The position numbers were made by a program, and so were the translations under genes. Shown one piece after another: positions 28,598 to 38,385 of a stretch of 64,000 nucleotides of DNA (positions within the stretch are counted from its first letter, which is position 1; every line of letters starts with the position of its first letter). Origin of the DNA: Candidatus Limnocylindria bacterium (GTDB lineage: Bacteria; Chloroflexota; Limnocylindria; QHBO01); the NCBI GenBank assembly GCA_038233215.1, contig JBBSML010000012.1, positions 1,751 through 65,750 on the forward strand. Direction: 5' to 3'. A model generated the notes under the pieces. That model was not told where the DNA came from, did not search any database, and was given only the letters and a program-made list of their open reading frames with translations.

Positions 28598-30217
28598 ATG
28601 CCCGCGCGCTCGGTGATCTTTCGCGATCTGGTCTCGCTCACCGCGGTGGCGCTCGTCGTGCGCGCGGTGTCTGCGTGGCTTGTGCCGGCGCCGCCGCACG
28701 TCGACGCCGCCTACTACACGATGATCGGCGAGCAGTTGGCGATCGGCAATGGGTTCAACGCCCCGGCCCTGTGGAGCTTTCTCGAGGTCGGGGGCAGGCT
28801 CCCGGCCAACCCGGGTCTGCCGGTCCCAAGCAATGGCCACTGGATGCCACTCACCTCAATCGTGAGCGGCGCCTTCATGACGATCCTGAGTCCTGACTGG
28901 CGGGCCGGCCAGGTGCCCATGGTGCTCCTCTCGACGCTCCTCGTGCCACTGACCTACCTCGCGGCGTGGCAGGTGTCGAGATCTCGGCGCGGCGCCGTTC
29001 TGTCCGCGATCCTCGCCATCACCGCCGGATCGCTTCTCCTCATGTATCCCCTGATCGAGTCCTTCGCCACATTCGGAGTGCTGGGCGCCACAACGCTCCT
29101 TGCCAGCGTGCGAGCAATGGAAACCGCTCGCCCTGGGCCATGGCTCGTGCTGGCTGGTGCTGCCGCGGGAGGCGCGAGCCTGACCCGTATCGACGGCGTG
29201 CTTCTCACGCTGGCTCCTGCAACCGCATGGCTCCTTCTCCGTCCGTTCGGAACCGGGCACCTCGGATCTCCGATTCGGGCGCTGGGTTGGGGATGGCTCA
29301 GCGCAATGGCGTTTCTCGTGGTTGTCATACCTTGGTTGATCCGCGACGTCGCCGTCTTCGGCACAGCGTTTCCCTCCCCGGGAGGCCGCCTGCTCTGGAT
29401 CCGCGATTACAACGAGCACCTGTCGATCAGTCTCAACCTGAGCCTGGAGCGCTACCTGGCGTGGGGACTGCCGGCCATCCTGCTCTCGAAGCTCGCCGCG
29501 CTCGTGGCCGTGCTGGGACAGACCCTCGCGCTGATGGGTGGAGTCTTCGGCCTCTATTTCCTCGCTGGCCTGTGGATGCAGCGTCGTAATCGACGCCTGG
29601 CACCAGTAACGGTGTACCTCATCGCGATGTTCGCGACAATGATCCTGCTCGCCACCGAGCATGCTCCGAAGGGCGCATTTCTTCACACCGCACCCGCGTG
29701 GCTGCCATTTGCCCTGCCGATGGCGGTCTCCGCGGTCGTACCCGCCTCCACCGCCATGGGGCGCGTCTGGCCGTTCCTCCGTCGACCGGCGACGCATCGC
29801 TTCCTCGAGGTGGTCGCCGTTGTCGGAGCGGTGGTGCTGGCCCTGATTGGCGCACTCATCCTTGTTGGCCAGTGGCAGGTCCGTTTCGAGCGCCAGGAAG
29901 CAGCCGCCACCTTTCTGCGAAACGAGGCGGCCCCCGGTGATGTGATCCTGGCCGACGATCCATCAAGCCTGTACCTGCGCACTGGTCTCCATGGGGTCGC
30001 CCCGCCCTTCGACCCGTACCCAGTGATCGAACGAGTGATCGAGTCCTATGGCATCGATTGGGTCGTGGTCACGCTCGGTCCCAAGGAAACAATTGATCCC
30101 CTTGGCTTGTGGGAAGGAGGATCTGCCGCCGACGCGCTCGGCAATGAGGCCACGTTTCTTCCAGACGCACCAGCGTTCGAGGCCGACGGTGTGCGGGTCT
30201 TCAAAGTCGATCCGTAG
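28598..30217 (+). CDS. ArnT/PMT-type (GT39/GT83-like) polyprenyl-phosphate-sugar dependent GT-C glycosyltransferase
   Basis: First loop PPHVDAAYYTMIGEQLAIGNGF; 10+ TM helices; C-terminal soluble domain. Confidence 0.6.
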   Translation: MPARSVIFRDLVSLTAVALVVRAVSAWLVPAPPHVDAAYYTMIGEQLAIGNGFNAPALWSFLEVGGRLPANPGLPVPSNGHWMPLTSIVSGAFMTILSPDWRAGQVPMVLLSTLLVPLTYLAAWQVSRSRRGAVLSAILAITAGSLLLMYPLIESFATFGVLGATTLLASVRAMETARPGPWLVLAGAAAGGASLTRIDGVLLTLAPATAWLLLRPFGTGHLGSPIRALGWGWLSAMAFLVVVIPWLIRDVAVFGTAFPSPGGRLLWIRDYNEHLSISLNLSLERYLAWGLPAILLSKLAALVAVLGQTLALMGGVFGLYFLAGLWMQRRNRRLAPVTVYLIAMFATMILLATEHAPKGAFLHTAPAWLPFALPMAVSAVVPASTAMGRVWPFLRRPATHRFLEVVAVVGAVVLALIGALILVGQWQVRFERQEAAATFLRNEAAPGDVILADDPSSLYLRTGLHGVAPPFDPYPVIERVIESYGIDWVVVTLGPKETIDPLGLWEGGSAADALGNEATFLPDAPAFEADGVRVFKVDP

Positions 30218-30317
30218 TACTTCCGAGGCTCAAAGTACTGTTGCCCGGATGCACTCGGGGCCGACAGCATGGACGCGACGTCCGGTACTACGCCGGACAC
30301 GGTACTCCAGGGACCTT

Positions 30318-31337
30318 ATGGCGAACAATCCGGCGCGCGACAGCGCGAATCAGGAATTCGACCGCATCGGGGCAGAGGCCACTGAGAGCCTGCTCGGCGA
30401 TTCGCGACGCCTGCATGCGCTGGCCGAGCAGTTTCGCAGTCAGTACCGCAGCGACCTCGAGCAATGGATGCAGCTCCGCGCGCGGCTCGACCGCCGGGGG
30501 AATGACCTCCGTCCGGTCGGAACCGATGCGCTGCGCGCCGAATACGAGGCACGAAGCAGAGACCTGGCGGCGCTCCAGGCCCGGCTGAAGCGCCTGGAAG
30601 TCGTCGCGAGCCAACTGGATATCCTGCTGGGATACCTCGAATCCCCTGAGGCGGCAGGCACGGAGCCCGGACCGATGGCCGACGCCTCGCCCGCCACCAT
30701 GAGCCTGCGCATCGTCCAGGCCCAGGAAGGTGAGCGCCAGCGCATGGCGGAGGACATCCACGACGGTCCGGCGCAGGTTCTCACCAACGCGATATTCCAG
30801 GTCGAGTATCTGGATCGCATCCTCGGCGATGCAGACCGCGCGGCCCAGGCCGAGGTTGCGTTTCTGCGCGACATGCTGCGTAACGGCCTTGACGAAGTTC
30901 GCACCTTCATCACCGACCTACGGCCGCCGGTTGTCGATGTCGGCATGGCGACCGCGCTCGCCGAGCGCGCACAACAGCTCCATGCGCGGCACGGGATCGC
31001 CACGGAGATTTCGCTCAAGGGTATCGACGAGCGCCTGACGCCGGCGCAGCGCTCGTCTGTCCTGCGCATCGTGCAGGAGGCATTACAAAACGTGCGCAAA
31101 CACGCGGCAGCCAGCACCGTCGCCATCGGTCTCGAGGGAGATTCCCTGGTCATCGAGGACAACGGTCGCGGCTTCGACCTGATGCGCCTCGCATCAGGGA
31201 CGAGTGGCAACTTCGGATTGCAGTTCATGCGGGAGCGCGCCGAGCTACTCGGTGGTCAGCTCCAGATCGATTCGCGACAGGGTGAAGGTACCCGTATCCT
31301 GCTCCGGTTGCCGGTGCAGGCGCGCGACGCACACTGA
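30318..31337 (+). CDS. cytoplasmic NarL-family sensor histidine kinase (HisKA_3 + HATPase_c), no TM segments
   Basis: H-box QEGERQRMAEDIHDGPAQVL; HATPase QEALQNVRKHA...DNGRGF...GLQFMRERAELLGG. Start at ATG 30318. Confidence 0.8.
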   Translation: MANNPARDSANQEFDRIGAEATESLLGDSRRLHALAEQFRSQYRSDLEQWMQLRARLDRRGNDLRPVGTDALRAEYEARSRDLAALQARLKRLEVVASQLDILLGYLESPEAAGTEPGPMADASPATMSLRIVQAQEGERQRMAEDIHDGPAQVLTNAIFQVEYLDRILGDADRAAQAEVAFLRDMLRNGLDEVRTFITDLRPPVVDVGMATALAERAQQLHARHGIATEISLKGIDERLTPAQRSSVLRIVQEALQNVRKHAAASTVAIGLEGDSLVIEDNGRGFDLMRLASGTSGNFGLQFMRERAELLGGQLQIDSRQGEGTRILLRLPVQARDAH

Positions 31338-31350
31338 GGAGGAGAGCCTA

Positions 31351-32085
31351 ATGACAGTCGAAACCAAGACCGACGAGCGTCGCAGGGGCGGCGATCGCCG
31401 CGCCGGAAGCATCCGGGTCGTCATCGTGGACGGCCACACGCTGTTCCGTCGTGGCGTCCGAAACATCCTGGAGCTCGAAGACGACATCGAGGTCGTCGGC
31501 GAGGCGGGCTCAGGAAGAGACGCACTGGCCATGGTCCAGGACGTCACGCCGGACGTCGTACTCATGGACCTGGGCCTACCGGCGCCGAACGGGATCGAGA
31601 CAACCCAGCGCCTGAAGCGCGAGCTTCCGCATACCGGCGTCATCGTGCTCGCATCGAATGACGACGAGGACCAGCTGTTTGACGCCATCAAGGCCGGGGC
31701 CGCGGCGTACGTCCTGAAGGACATTGACCCGACCGACCTGATCGCCATCATCCGGCGCGTGCAGGCCGGCGAGTACCTGATCAACGACAAGGTCTTCGCC
31801 AAACCAGCAGTCGCGTCGCGCGTCCTCAAGGAGTTCAGGGAGCTCGCCGTCTATGGATCCGAGGCGGCGCCGATCTTCGCGCCACTCTCACCGCGCGAGG
31901 TCGAGATCCTGGACAACATCGCGCAGGGCATGACGAACAAGCAGGTGGCCTACGCGCTGGGCATCAGCGAGCAGACCGTGAAGAACCACATGAGCTCGAT
32001 TTTGCGCAAGCTCTCGGTGAACGACCGCACCCAGGCCGTGGTCTACGCCATGCGCCAAGGCTGGATCAAGATCCCCGAGGACTGA
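31351..32085 (+). CDS. NarL/LuxR-family response regulator
   Basis: REC VVIVDGHTLFRRG...VVLMDLGLP; LuxR HTH LSPREVEILDNIAQGMTNKQVAYALGISEQTVKNHMSSILRKL. RBS ggaggagag upstream. Confidence 0.85.
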   Translation: MTVETKTDERRRGGDRRAGSIRVVIVDGHTLFRRGVRNILELEDDIEVVGEAGSGRDALAMVQDVTPDVVLMDLGLPAPNGIETTQRLKRELPHTGVIVLASNDDEDQLFDAIKAGAAAYVLKDIDPTDLIAIIRRVQAGEYLINDKVFAKPAVASRVLKEFRELAVYGSEAAPIFAPLSPREVEILDNIAQGMTNKQVAYALGISEQTVKNHMSSILRKLSVNDRTQAVVYAMRQGWIKIPED

Positions 32086-32236
32086 TCACCATTAGTCCCG
32101 GCCGCTCCGGTACGAACGGCCCATTGGTGAGGCGAGGACGCGTCCATTAGCGTTCCGATCAAGTCACCGCGGGTATCCGCGGGGACCTTCATACCAGGAC
32201 CGCGGTCGGTCCCCAGGTCTCCTCCTCCGGTGCCAG

Positions 32237-32266
32237 GGAGCCGCTCCGCAAGGAGCGGCTCTTTTA
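32237..32266 (+). terminator. rho-independent terminator
   Basis: gagccgctcc-gcaa-ggagcggctc followed by ttttac. Confidence 0.6.
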
Positions 32267-32421
32267 CCTACTCCGGGCGTGATGGTTGACTTTCGGAACG
32301 GTACCCCGCAAGGTACGCTTCCCTGCGGGGAACAGTAGGACTATTCGGCCATATCTCTTGCCGAGCCCGGTCCGTACGCTCCCGATGCAGAATCTTCTTA
32401 GGAAAGGAGGAACCAAATCAC

Positions 32422-32604
32422 ATGATCAAGAACTTCATCAGCAATCTTCTGGCTCGCTTCCAGAGCGAGGACGAGGACGGGCAGACGCTCGTCGAGTACG
32501 GCCTGCTTCTCGCCCTCATCGCGATCGTCGTGATCGCCGCCCTGATCTTCCTGGGCCCGATCATCAGCCAGCTGTTCCAGAACGTCGGCACCTCGTTGAA
32601 GTAA
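32422..32604 (+). CDS. flp: Flp/Fap-family type IVb (Tad) pilin
   Basis: 60 aa with the Flp motif GQTLVEYGLLLALIAIVVIAAL. Strong RBS aaaggagga upstream. Confidence 0.8.
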   Translation: MIKNFISNLLARFQSEDEDGQTLVEYGLLLALIAIVVIAALIFLGPIISQLFQNVGTSLK

Positions 32605-32632
32605 GCCGTCCTCCAGACGGAAACGACTCACA

Positions 32633-32668
32633 GACCCCCGCAGCCTCGGCTGCGGGGGTCTTTCGTGT
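32633..32668 (+). terminator. rho-independent terminator/attenuator downstream of flp
   Basis: gacccccgcagc-ctcg-gctgcgggggtc then tttcgtgt. Confidence 0.6.
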
Positions 32669-32830
32669 CATTGTGCGTTGACGGCTCTGCAAGTACCACG
32701 AGGGTCATAGCCCACAAGTCCAGTCGTTGAGACTTGCCGCCCGTGCGTAGACTGTTGACCGCAGGCACAACCCGTGTACTGCCAGGTACTCATTCCGTAA
32801 CCAATCCACCCGAGCCCAAAGGGGACTTTT

Positions 32831-33727
32831 GTGAAGCGATCGAATCGCCTCGTCATCCTGGTCGGCGTCCTGCTCGCCGTCCTCGCCTTCGTTGCCATCG
32901 TGATCCTGCTCAATCAGCGAGAAGAGGCCGTGGCACCAGAGGAGATCACCGAGACGGTCCTGGTCGCGACGCAGGACATCGCCATCGGCGACCCGGTCAC
33001 CCCCGACGTCGTTGAGGAGCAGGAGATTAACCCCGAAGCCGTTCAGGGCGCTGCGCTCGGCAGTGCATCGGCAGTCTCCGGACAGCCTGCCCTCTTTGCG
33101 ATTCCCGCCGGGTCCCAAGTTACGGGCGAGGCGATCGGCCTCGGCACTGCTGCCGATACCAACCTGGCCGCGCGGCTAGAACCGGGCGAAAAGGCGATCG
33201 GGTTCCAGGTCGACAGCGAGACGGGACTGAACCTCCTCATCAAGGAGGGAGACTCGATCGACTTGATCCTCAGCCAAGACGTGCCTGCCGTGCAGGAGAC
33301 GGCCGATTCGGCTGCGAACCCAGATACCGAAGCGCCGCCCCGCTTTGAACCAGTCGCGGGCTTGGAGAATCTTCGATCGGTGAAGGCCATTCTTCAGGAC
33401 AAGCGCGTTCTGTATGTCAGTGACACTAAGGCTTTCGCGCCCCAACCCGTGGACGCGGATGGCGACGGCGTGGCAGATCCCGAACAACCTCCACCCGCAC
33501 CCGAGGACCAGACTTCTACGGCGATCATCATCATTGCGGGCACTGAGCAGGACGCCGAAGTGGTCAAATTTGCCCAGGGCCAAGAGCGATCGATCACGAC
33601 GGTGATGCGACACGCAGACGACGATGCCATCGACGAAACTCTGGGAATCACCCTCCGACAGCTGGTGGATGAATTCGGTGTACTAATCCCCGATATCATC
33701 CAGCTCGATTTTGAGGCCGCGCCGTAA
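32831..33727 (+). CDS. cpaB: Flp pilus assembly protein CpaB/RcpC
   Basis: N-terminal TM anchor; SAF-like region VLVATQDIAIGDPVTPDVV; acidic C-terminus. Confidence 0.7.
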   Translation: MKRSNRLVILVGVLLAVLAFVAIVILLNQREEAVAPEEITETVLVATQDIAIGDPVTPDVVEEQEINPEAVQGAALGSASAVSGQPALFAIPAGSQVTGEAIGLGTAADTNLAARLEPGEKAIGFQVDSETGLNLLIKEGDSIDLILSQDVPAVQETADSAANPDTEAPPRFEPVAGLENLRSVKAILQDKRVLYVSDTKAFAPQPVDADGDGVADPEQPPPAPEDQTSTAIIIIAGTEQDAEVVKFAQGQERSITTVMRHADDDAIDETLGITLRQLVDEFGVLIPDIIQLDFEAAP

Positions 33728-33762
33728 GCTGGCGCTCGCGCCAGCTCTGACGGTTCACCATC

Positions 33763-34995
33763 ATGATCAAAGTCCTCATCGTCGACGACATTCCCGAGAC
33801 ACGCGACCACCTCTCGCGTCTCCTTGGCCTGGAGCGTGAGATCGACGTTGCCGGCACCGCCGGCTCCGGCGAGGAGGCGATCCGCGTATCGATGGAGCTA
33901 CGGCCGGATGTCATCGTCATGGACATCAACATGCCGGGCATGGACGGCATCGCCGCCGCCGAGATCATCTCGCAGCGACTTCCGCACAGCCCGATCATCA
34001 TGATGAGTGTCCATGGCGAGGCGGAGCAGCTCAAGCGATCCATGCTCGCGGGTGCCCGTGAGTTCCTCGTCAAGCCGTTCAGCGGCGACGAGTTCTCGAC
34101 CTCGATCAAGCGCGTGCATGAGCGTGAGCTGACTCGCCGAGAGCAGATGCAGGAGACGTCCGGCGGGGCCGTAGCGACACCCGCCGGCGAATCCGGCGAC
34201 CCCGAGGACCACCAGGTGATCGGCGTGTTCTCACCGAAGGGCGGCGCTGGACGAACGACATTGGCCGTGAACCTGGCACTCGCCCTCAAACGGGAGACGA
34301 ACCAGCGCGTGGCCCTCATCGACGCGAACCTTCAATTCGGCGACGTCGGCGTTCTCCTGAATCTGAACCCGAAGAACCGCTCCGTCGCGGAGGCCGTCGA
34401 AGGCGGCGAGCCTGACGGTGACATCATCGAATCCGTCATGGTCGAGCACTCGACCGGCATCCGCGTGCTCCTCGCCCCACCGTCGCCAGAGGGCGCCGAC
34501 CTCGTCACGCCCGCATACCTCAAGAAGATCATCGGGTTCCTGCGCGAGACGCACGACTGGGTCGTGGTGGACCTTCCGTCGGGCCTCAACGATCACACCC
34601 TGGGGGTCCTTGACGGGGCCGATCAGATCCTGGTCGTCGCCGCGCTCGAGATCACCACCATCAAGAACGTTCGGCTCTTCCTGGAGATCGCGGATCAGCT
34701 CGACTACGAGCGCTCGAAGATTCGCCTCGTCATCAACCGATCGGACGCCTCGCAGGGCATCCGCATCGGCGATGTGGAGGCCTCCATTCGCCGCTCCATC
34801 GACGGCACGATCGTCTCCGACGGCCGCCTCGCCGTGCTCGCGGTGAATCGCGGAGTGCCGTTCGTCGTATCTCATCCAGAGTCGCCGCTCTCGCGCGACG
34901 TCTTCAAGCTCGCCCGAACGCTCGCCGGCGCGGGGACAGCCACCACCGGAAAGACCGATAAGGCCGCAAAGCGCGGACTCTTCGCACGCCGCTGA
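33763..34995 (+). CDS. tadZ: TadZ/CpaE pilus-localisation ATPase (ParA/MinD fold) with N-terminal canonical receiver domain
   Basis: REC KVLIVDDIPETRD...VIVMDINMPGMDG...KPF; ATPase VIGVFSPKGGAGRTTLAVNLALAL. Confidence 0.75.
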   Translation: MIKVLIVDDIPETRDHLSRLLGLEREIDVAGTAGSGEEAIRVSMELRPDVIVMDINMPGMDGIAAAEIISQRLPHSPIIMMSVHGEAEQLKRSMLAGAREFLVKPFSGDEFSTSIKRVHERELTRREQMQETSGGAVATPAGESGDPEDHQVIGVFSPKGGAGRTTLAVNLALALKRETNQRVALIDANLQFGDVGVLLNLNPKNRSVAEAVEGGEPDGDIIESVMVEHSTGIRVLLAPPSPEGADLVTPAYLKKIIGFLRETHDWVVVDLPSGLNDHTLGVLDGADQILVVAALEITTIKNVRLFLEIADQLDYERSKIRLVINRSDASQGIRIGDVEASIRRSIDGTIVSDGRLAVLAVNRGVPFVVSHPESPLSRDVFKLARTLAGAGTATTGKTDKAAKRGLFARR

Positions 34996-35017
34996 GACCA
35001 TTGGAAGGACGCAGCAC

Positions 35018-36469
35018 ATGTCATTGCTGAAGCGAATCGAGCGGGCCCGTCCCGCCGCAGAAGGGGAACCGCAGACGCCCGCGGTCCCCGCGACGGTTCC
35101 ACCGTCGGGTGGAGCGCCCCAGACGCCGGCCCATGGCGTGAGCGGACCGCCCGCGTCGACACCGCCACCGGTTGCGGCGCCATCGCGCTTCGCCGGCGCA
35201 ATGCCAGCTCGCGAATCGTTCCGGGAGGCGAAATTCCGCGTCCAGAATCGGCTCGTCAATGAGCTGGACCCCAAGCTCGATCTTTCCAACCAGGTCGAGG
35301 TCCGGCGCCAGATCGAAGACCTCTTCAGCCGCATCGCCGATGAGGAGGGCCTGGCCCTCACTCGTGCCGAGCGCGTCCGCATGCTCGAACAGATCACGGA
35401 CGAGATCCTTGGCCTGGGCCCGCTCGAGCCGCTGCTCCGCGACGAGACGCTCACCGAGGTGATGGTCAACGGACCGCAGCAAGTCTACATCGAGCGCGAC
35501 GGCAGGCTGGAGCTCACGAACGTGACGTTCCAGAACGACGAGCACGTGATGCGGATCATCCAGCGCATCATCGCGCCCATCGGTCGCCGCGTCGACGAGT
35601 CCAGCCCCATGGTCGATGCTCGCCTTGCCGATGGCTCACGCGTGAACGCGATCATCCCGCCGCTCTCGCTGGTCGGCCCGGTCGTCACCATTCGAAAATT
35701 CTCGGCAACACCGTTCTCCGTGGACGATCTGATTCGATTCGGGACCGCGACACCCGAGATGTTCGAGTTCCTCGAGGCCTGCGTGAAGGCGCGCTTGAAT
35801 GTCTTCGTTTCCGGCGGCACCGGGTCCGGCAAGACCACGATGCTCAACATCCTGTCGTCGTTCATCCCGGATGACGAGCGGATCGTGACCATCGAGGACG
35901 CGGCCGAGCTCCAGCTTCGCCAGGAACACGTGGTCACGCTCGAATCGCGACCCGCGAACATCGAGGGCAAGGGCGCCATCCCCATCCGCGAGCTCGTGCG
36001 CAACTCCCTGCGTATGCGACCCGACCGCATCGTGGTCGGCGAGTGCCGCTCCGGAGAGGCACTCGACATGCTCCAGGCAATGAACACCGGCCACGACGGC
36101 TCGATGTCGACTGGCCACGCGAACAGCCCACGAGACATGCTCAGCCGCCTGGAGACCATGGTCCTCATGGCCGGCATGGACCTGCCACTCAAGGCGATCC
36201 GTGAACAGGTAGCGTCGGCCGTCGACCTGATCGTTCAGCAGAACCGACTCAAGGACGGATCCCGCAAGATCGTGAACATCACCGAGGTCCAGGGCATGGA
36301 AGGTGACGTCATCGTCATGCAGGACGTCTTCGTCTATGAGCAGACCGGGGTCATCGAGGGCAAGATCCAGGGTCGCCTCAGGCCGACCGGTATCCGTCCG
36401 AAGTTCGTCGAAAAGTTCGAGGCCGCCGGAATCCATCTGCCGAACAATATCTTCGGGTCCCCATTCTGA
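35018..36469 (+). CDS. cpaF: Tad secretion ATPase CpaF/TadA
   Basis: Walker A VSGGTGSGKTTMLN; VGECRSGEALDMLQAMNTGHDGSMST; Pro/Ala-rich N-terminal extension. Confidence 0.85.
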   Translation: MSLLKRIERARPAAEGEPQTPAVPATVPPSGGAPQTPAHGVSGPPASTPPPVAAPSRFAGAMPARESFREAKFRVQNRLVNELDPKLDLSNQVEVRRQIEDLFSRIADEEGLALTRAERVRMLEQITDEILGLGPLEPLLRDETLTEVMVNGPQQVYIERDGRLELTNVTFQNDEHVMRIIQRIIAPIGRRVDESSPMVDARLADGSRVNAIIPPLSLVGPVVTIRKFSATPFSVDDLIRFGTATPEMFEFLEACVKARLNVFVSGGTGSGKTTMLNILSSFIPDDERIVTIEDAAELQLRQEHVVTLESRPANIEGKGAIPIRELVRNSLRMRPDRIVVGECRSGEALDMLQAMNTGHDGSMSTGHANSPRDMLSRLETMVLMAGMDLPLKAIREQVASAVDLIVQQNRLKDGSRKIVNITEVQGMEGDVIVMQDVFVYEQTGVIEGKIQGRLRPTGIRPKFVEKFEAAGIHLPNNIFGSPF

Positions 36470-37461
36470 TGGGCATGCTTCCCTTCCTCATCGCCGGACT
36501 GTCCGCGATGGCTATTCTCTTGATCGCCGTAGGCGTCTCCATGAGCGGCGGCTCGGGAACGGTGGCGTCGCGCCTGGAGCGGTACGCGTCGGCGCAGTCG
36601 GATGCGAATGGCGGCGCGGCCAATGATCGCGGCAGCGCCGTCGTTGAGGGTCTTACGCGCGTCATGGAGCGGCAGGATCGCGGAGCGCGCCTAGGAGTCG
36701 AGCTCGCTCGTGCCGACCTGAAGCTTCGGCCTGCCGAGTTTGCTCTCGCGTGGTTCGCTTCTCCCTTCCTGTTCGCCGGTGCCGCGTTCTTGCTGAGCGT
36801 CATCTTTCCAGCACTTGGGAATCCGGTGGCACTCGCGGTCGCAGCCGCCATTGGCGCATATTTTCCTCGGTTCTACCTCAAGCGACGCCAGGGAAAGCGG
36901 CTCAAGGCATTCGCCACGCAGTTGCCTGACACGATCACGCTGCTCGCGAACTCTCTCCGTGCCGGATCGTCCTTCCTCCAGGGCGTCGAGCTCGTCACGC
37001 GTGAGGGGCGTCCGCCCATCAGCGAAGAGTTCGAGCGCGTCGTGCGCGAAATGCAGCTCGGGATGGCACTTCAACCGGCCCTCAATAACCTGGCCCGCAG
37101 GGTGGACAGTGAGGATCTGGACCTCGTGGTGACGGCGATCAGCATCCAGAGCCAGGTCGGCGGTAACCTCGCCACGGTCCTCGATTCAATCGCTCACACC
37201 ATTCGCGAACGAGTACGGTTGATCGGCGAGATCAACACCCTCACCGCCATGCAGCGCTACAGCGGGTATGTCATTACAGCCCTCCCGTTTGGCCTCGGCC
37301 TTATCCTTTTGGTGATCAGCCCGACCTACATGGCACCGATGTTCGAACGTCCCCCGGAGGCCTTCGGCCTGCCCCTCGGCGTCATCTTCTTCCTCGTCGG
37401 GCTCTTCATGATGGGCATGGGCTACTTCCTTATCCGACGCATCGTAGATATCAAGGTTTGA
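36469..37461 (+). CDS. tadB: Tad pilus platform protein TadB (T2SSF family)
   Basis: Polytopic; LPDTITLLANSLRAGSSFLQGVE, a T2SSF-like motif. Confidence 0.75.
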   Translation: MGMLPFLIAGLSAMAILLIAVGVSMSGGSGTVASRLERYASAQSDANGGAANDRGSAVVEGLTRVMERQDRGARLGVELARADLKLRPAEFALAWFASPFLFAGAAFLLSVIFPALGNPVALAVAAAIGAYFPRFYLKRRQGKRLKAFATQLPDTITLLANSLRAGSSFLQGVELVTREGRPPISEEFERVVREMQLGMALQPALNNLARRVDSEDLDLVVTAISIQSQVGGNLATVLDSIAHTIRERVRLIGEINTLTAMQRYSGYVITALPFGLGLILLVISPTYMAPMFERPPEAFGLPLGVIFFLVGLFMMGMGYFLIRRIVDIKV

Positions 37462-37465
37462 TGCT

Positions 37466-38383
37466 ATGACCCCTGAAATCATCGTCGCGATCCTCGCCGC
37501 CGGCGCCGTCCTCCTCGTCACATACGGGATTGCCGCCCGGCCATCCGAGGATGCCGTACAGGCACGTCTGTCACAGCTGGTCGTTCAGCCCAAGTCGCTG
37601 GAGGAAATGGAGCTCAACCAGCCCTTCTACGATCGGACCGTCCGGCCATTGATCCAGCGCCTCTCAACGGTCGGAAAGCGGAAGGACGGCGGTGTCATCG
37701 CCCGAACCGATGCTCGGCTGGAGAGAGCCGGCTATCCGGGAGGTCTTCGAGGTGCGGACTGGCTGGGCGCGAAGCTCCTCGCTGCCATCGTCGGCGGCAT
37801 CAGCGTTTTCCTGCTCCTGCTCCTGGTCACCGCCGGTACCTTCGGCGTGGCGATCCTGGGTGGGTTGGTCGGCCTCATGATCGGCTTTGTCGCCCCGGAG
37901 TTCTGGCTCGGCAAGAAGATCAAGGCCCGCTCCATGGCCATGATGCTGCAACTTCCCGATGCGCTCGACCTATTGACGATCTCGGTCGAAGCGGGGCTGG
38001 GGTTCGACGCGGCATTGGCGAAATGCGTGGAGAAGATGGAAGGACCGCTCATCGACGAGTTCCGCCAGGCGCTGGCAGAAGTACGCATGGGCCGCACTCG
38101 CCGCGATGCCCTGCGTGACGTCGCCACGCGTGCGGATGACCAGTCGCTCACCAACTTCATCGGCGCCATCGTCCAGGCAGAGCAGCTCGGCGTGCCGATC
38201 GCCAAGGTGCTCCAGATTCAGTCGCAGCAGTTGCGAATCGTCCGACGACAGCGCGCCGAGGAGGCTGCTGCGAAGGCGCCCATCAAGATGCTCTTCCCCA
38301 TGGTGGGCTGCATCTTTCCGACGATCTTCATCGTGATCCTCGGACCGGCCGTCATCACCGTCATGGGCGGCATCGGCGTCTAG
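37466..38383 (+). CDS. tadC: Tad pilus platform protein TadC (T2SSF family)
   Basis: LPDALDLLTISVEAGLGFDAAL. Confidence 0.7.
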   Translation: MTPEIIVAILAAGAVLLVTYGIAARPSEDAVQARLSQLVVQPKSLEEMELNQPFYDRTVRPLIQRLSTVGKRKDGGVIARTDARLERAGYPGGLRGADWLGAKLLAAIVGGISVFLLLLLVTAGTFGVAILGGLVGLMIGFVAPEFWLGKKIKARSMAMMLQLPDALDLLTISVEAGLGFDAALAKCVEKMEGPLIDEFRQALAEVRMGRTRRDALRDVATRADDQSLTNFIGAIVQAEQLGVPIAKVLQIQSQQLRIVRRQRAEEAAAKAPIKMLFPMVGCIFPTIFIVILGPAVITVMGGIGV

Positions 38384-38385
38384 CC

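Noticed and set aside
28856-29797. 313-aa minus-strand ORF
   Set aside because: Antisense to the ArnT-like gene; His/Arg/Glu-rich low complexity.
35636-36436. 266-aa minus-strand ORF
   Set aside because: Antisense to cpaF, which has unambiguous Walker motifs.
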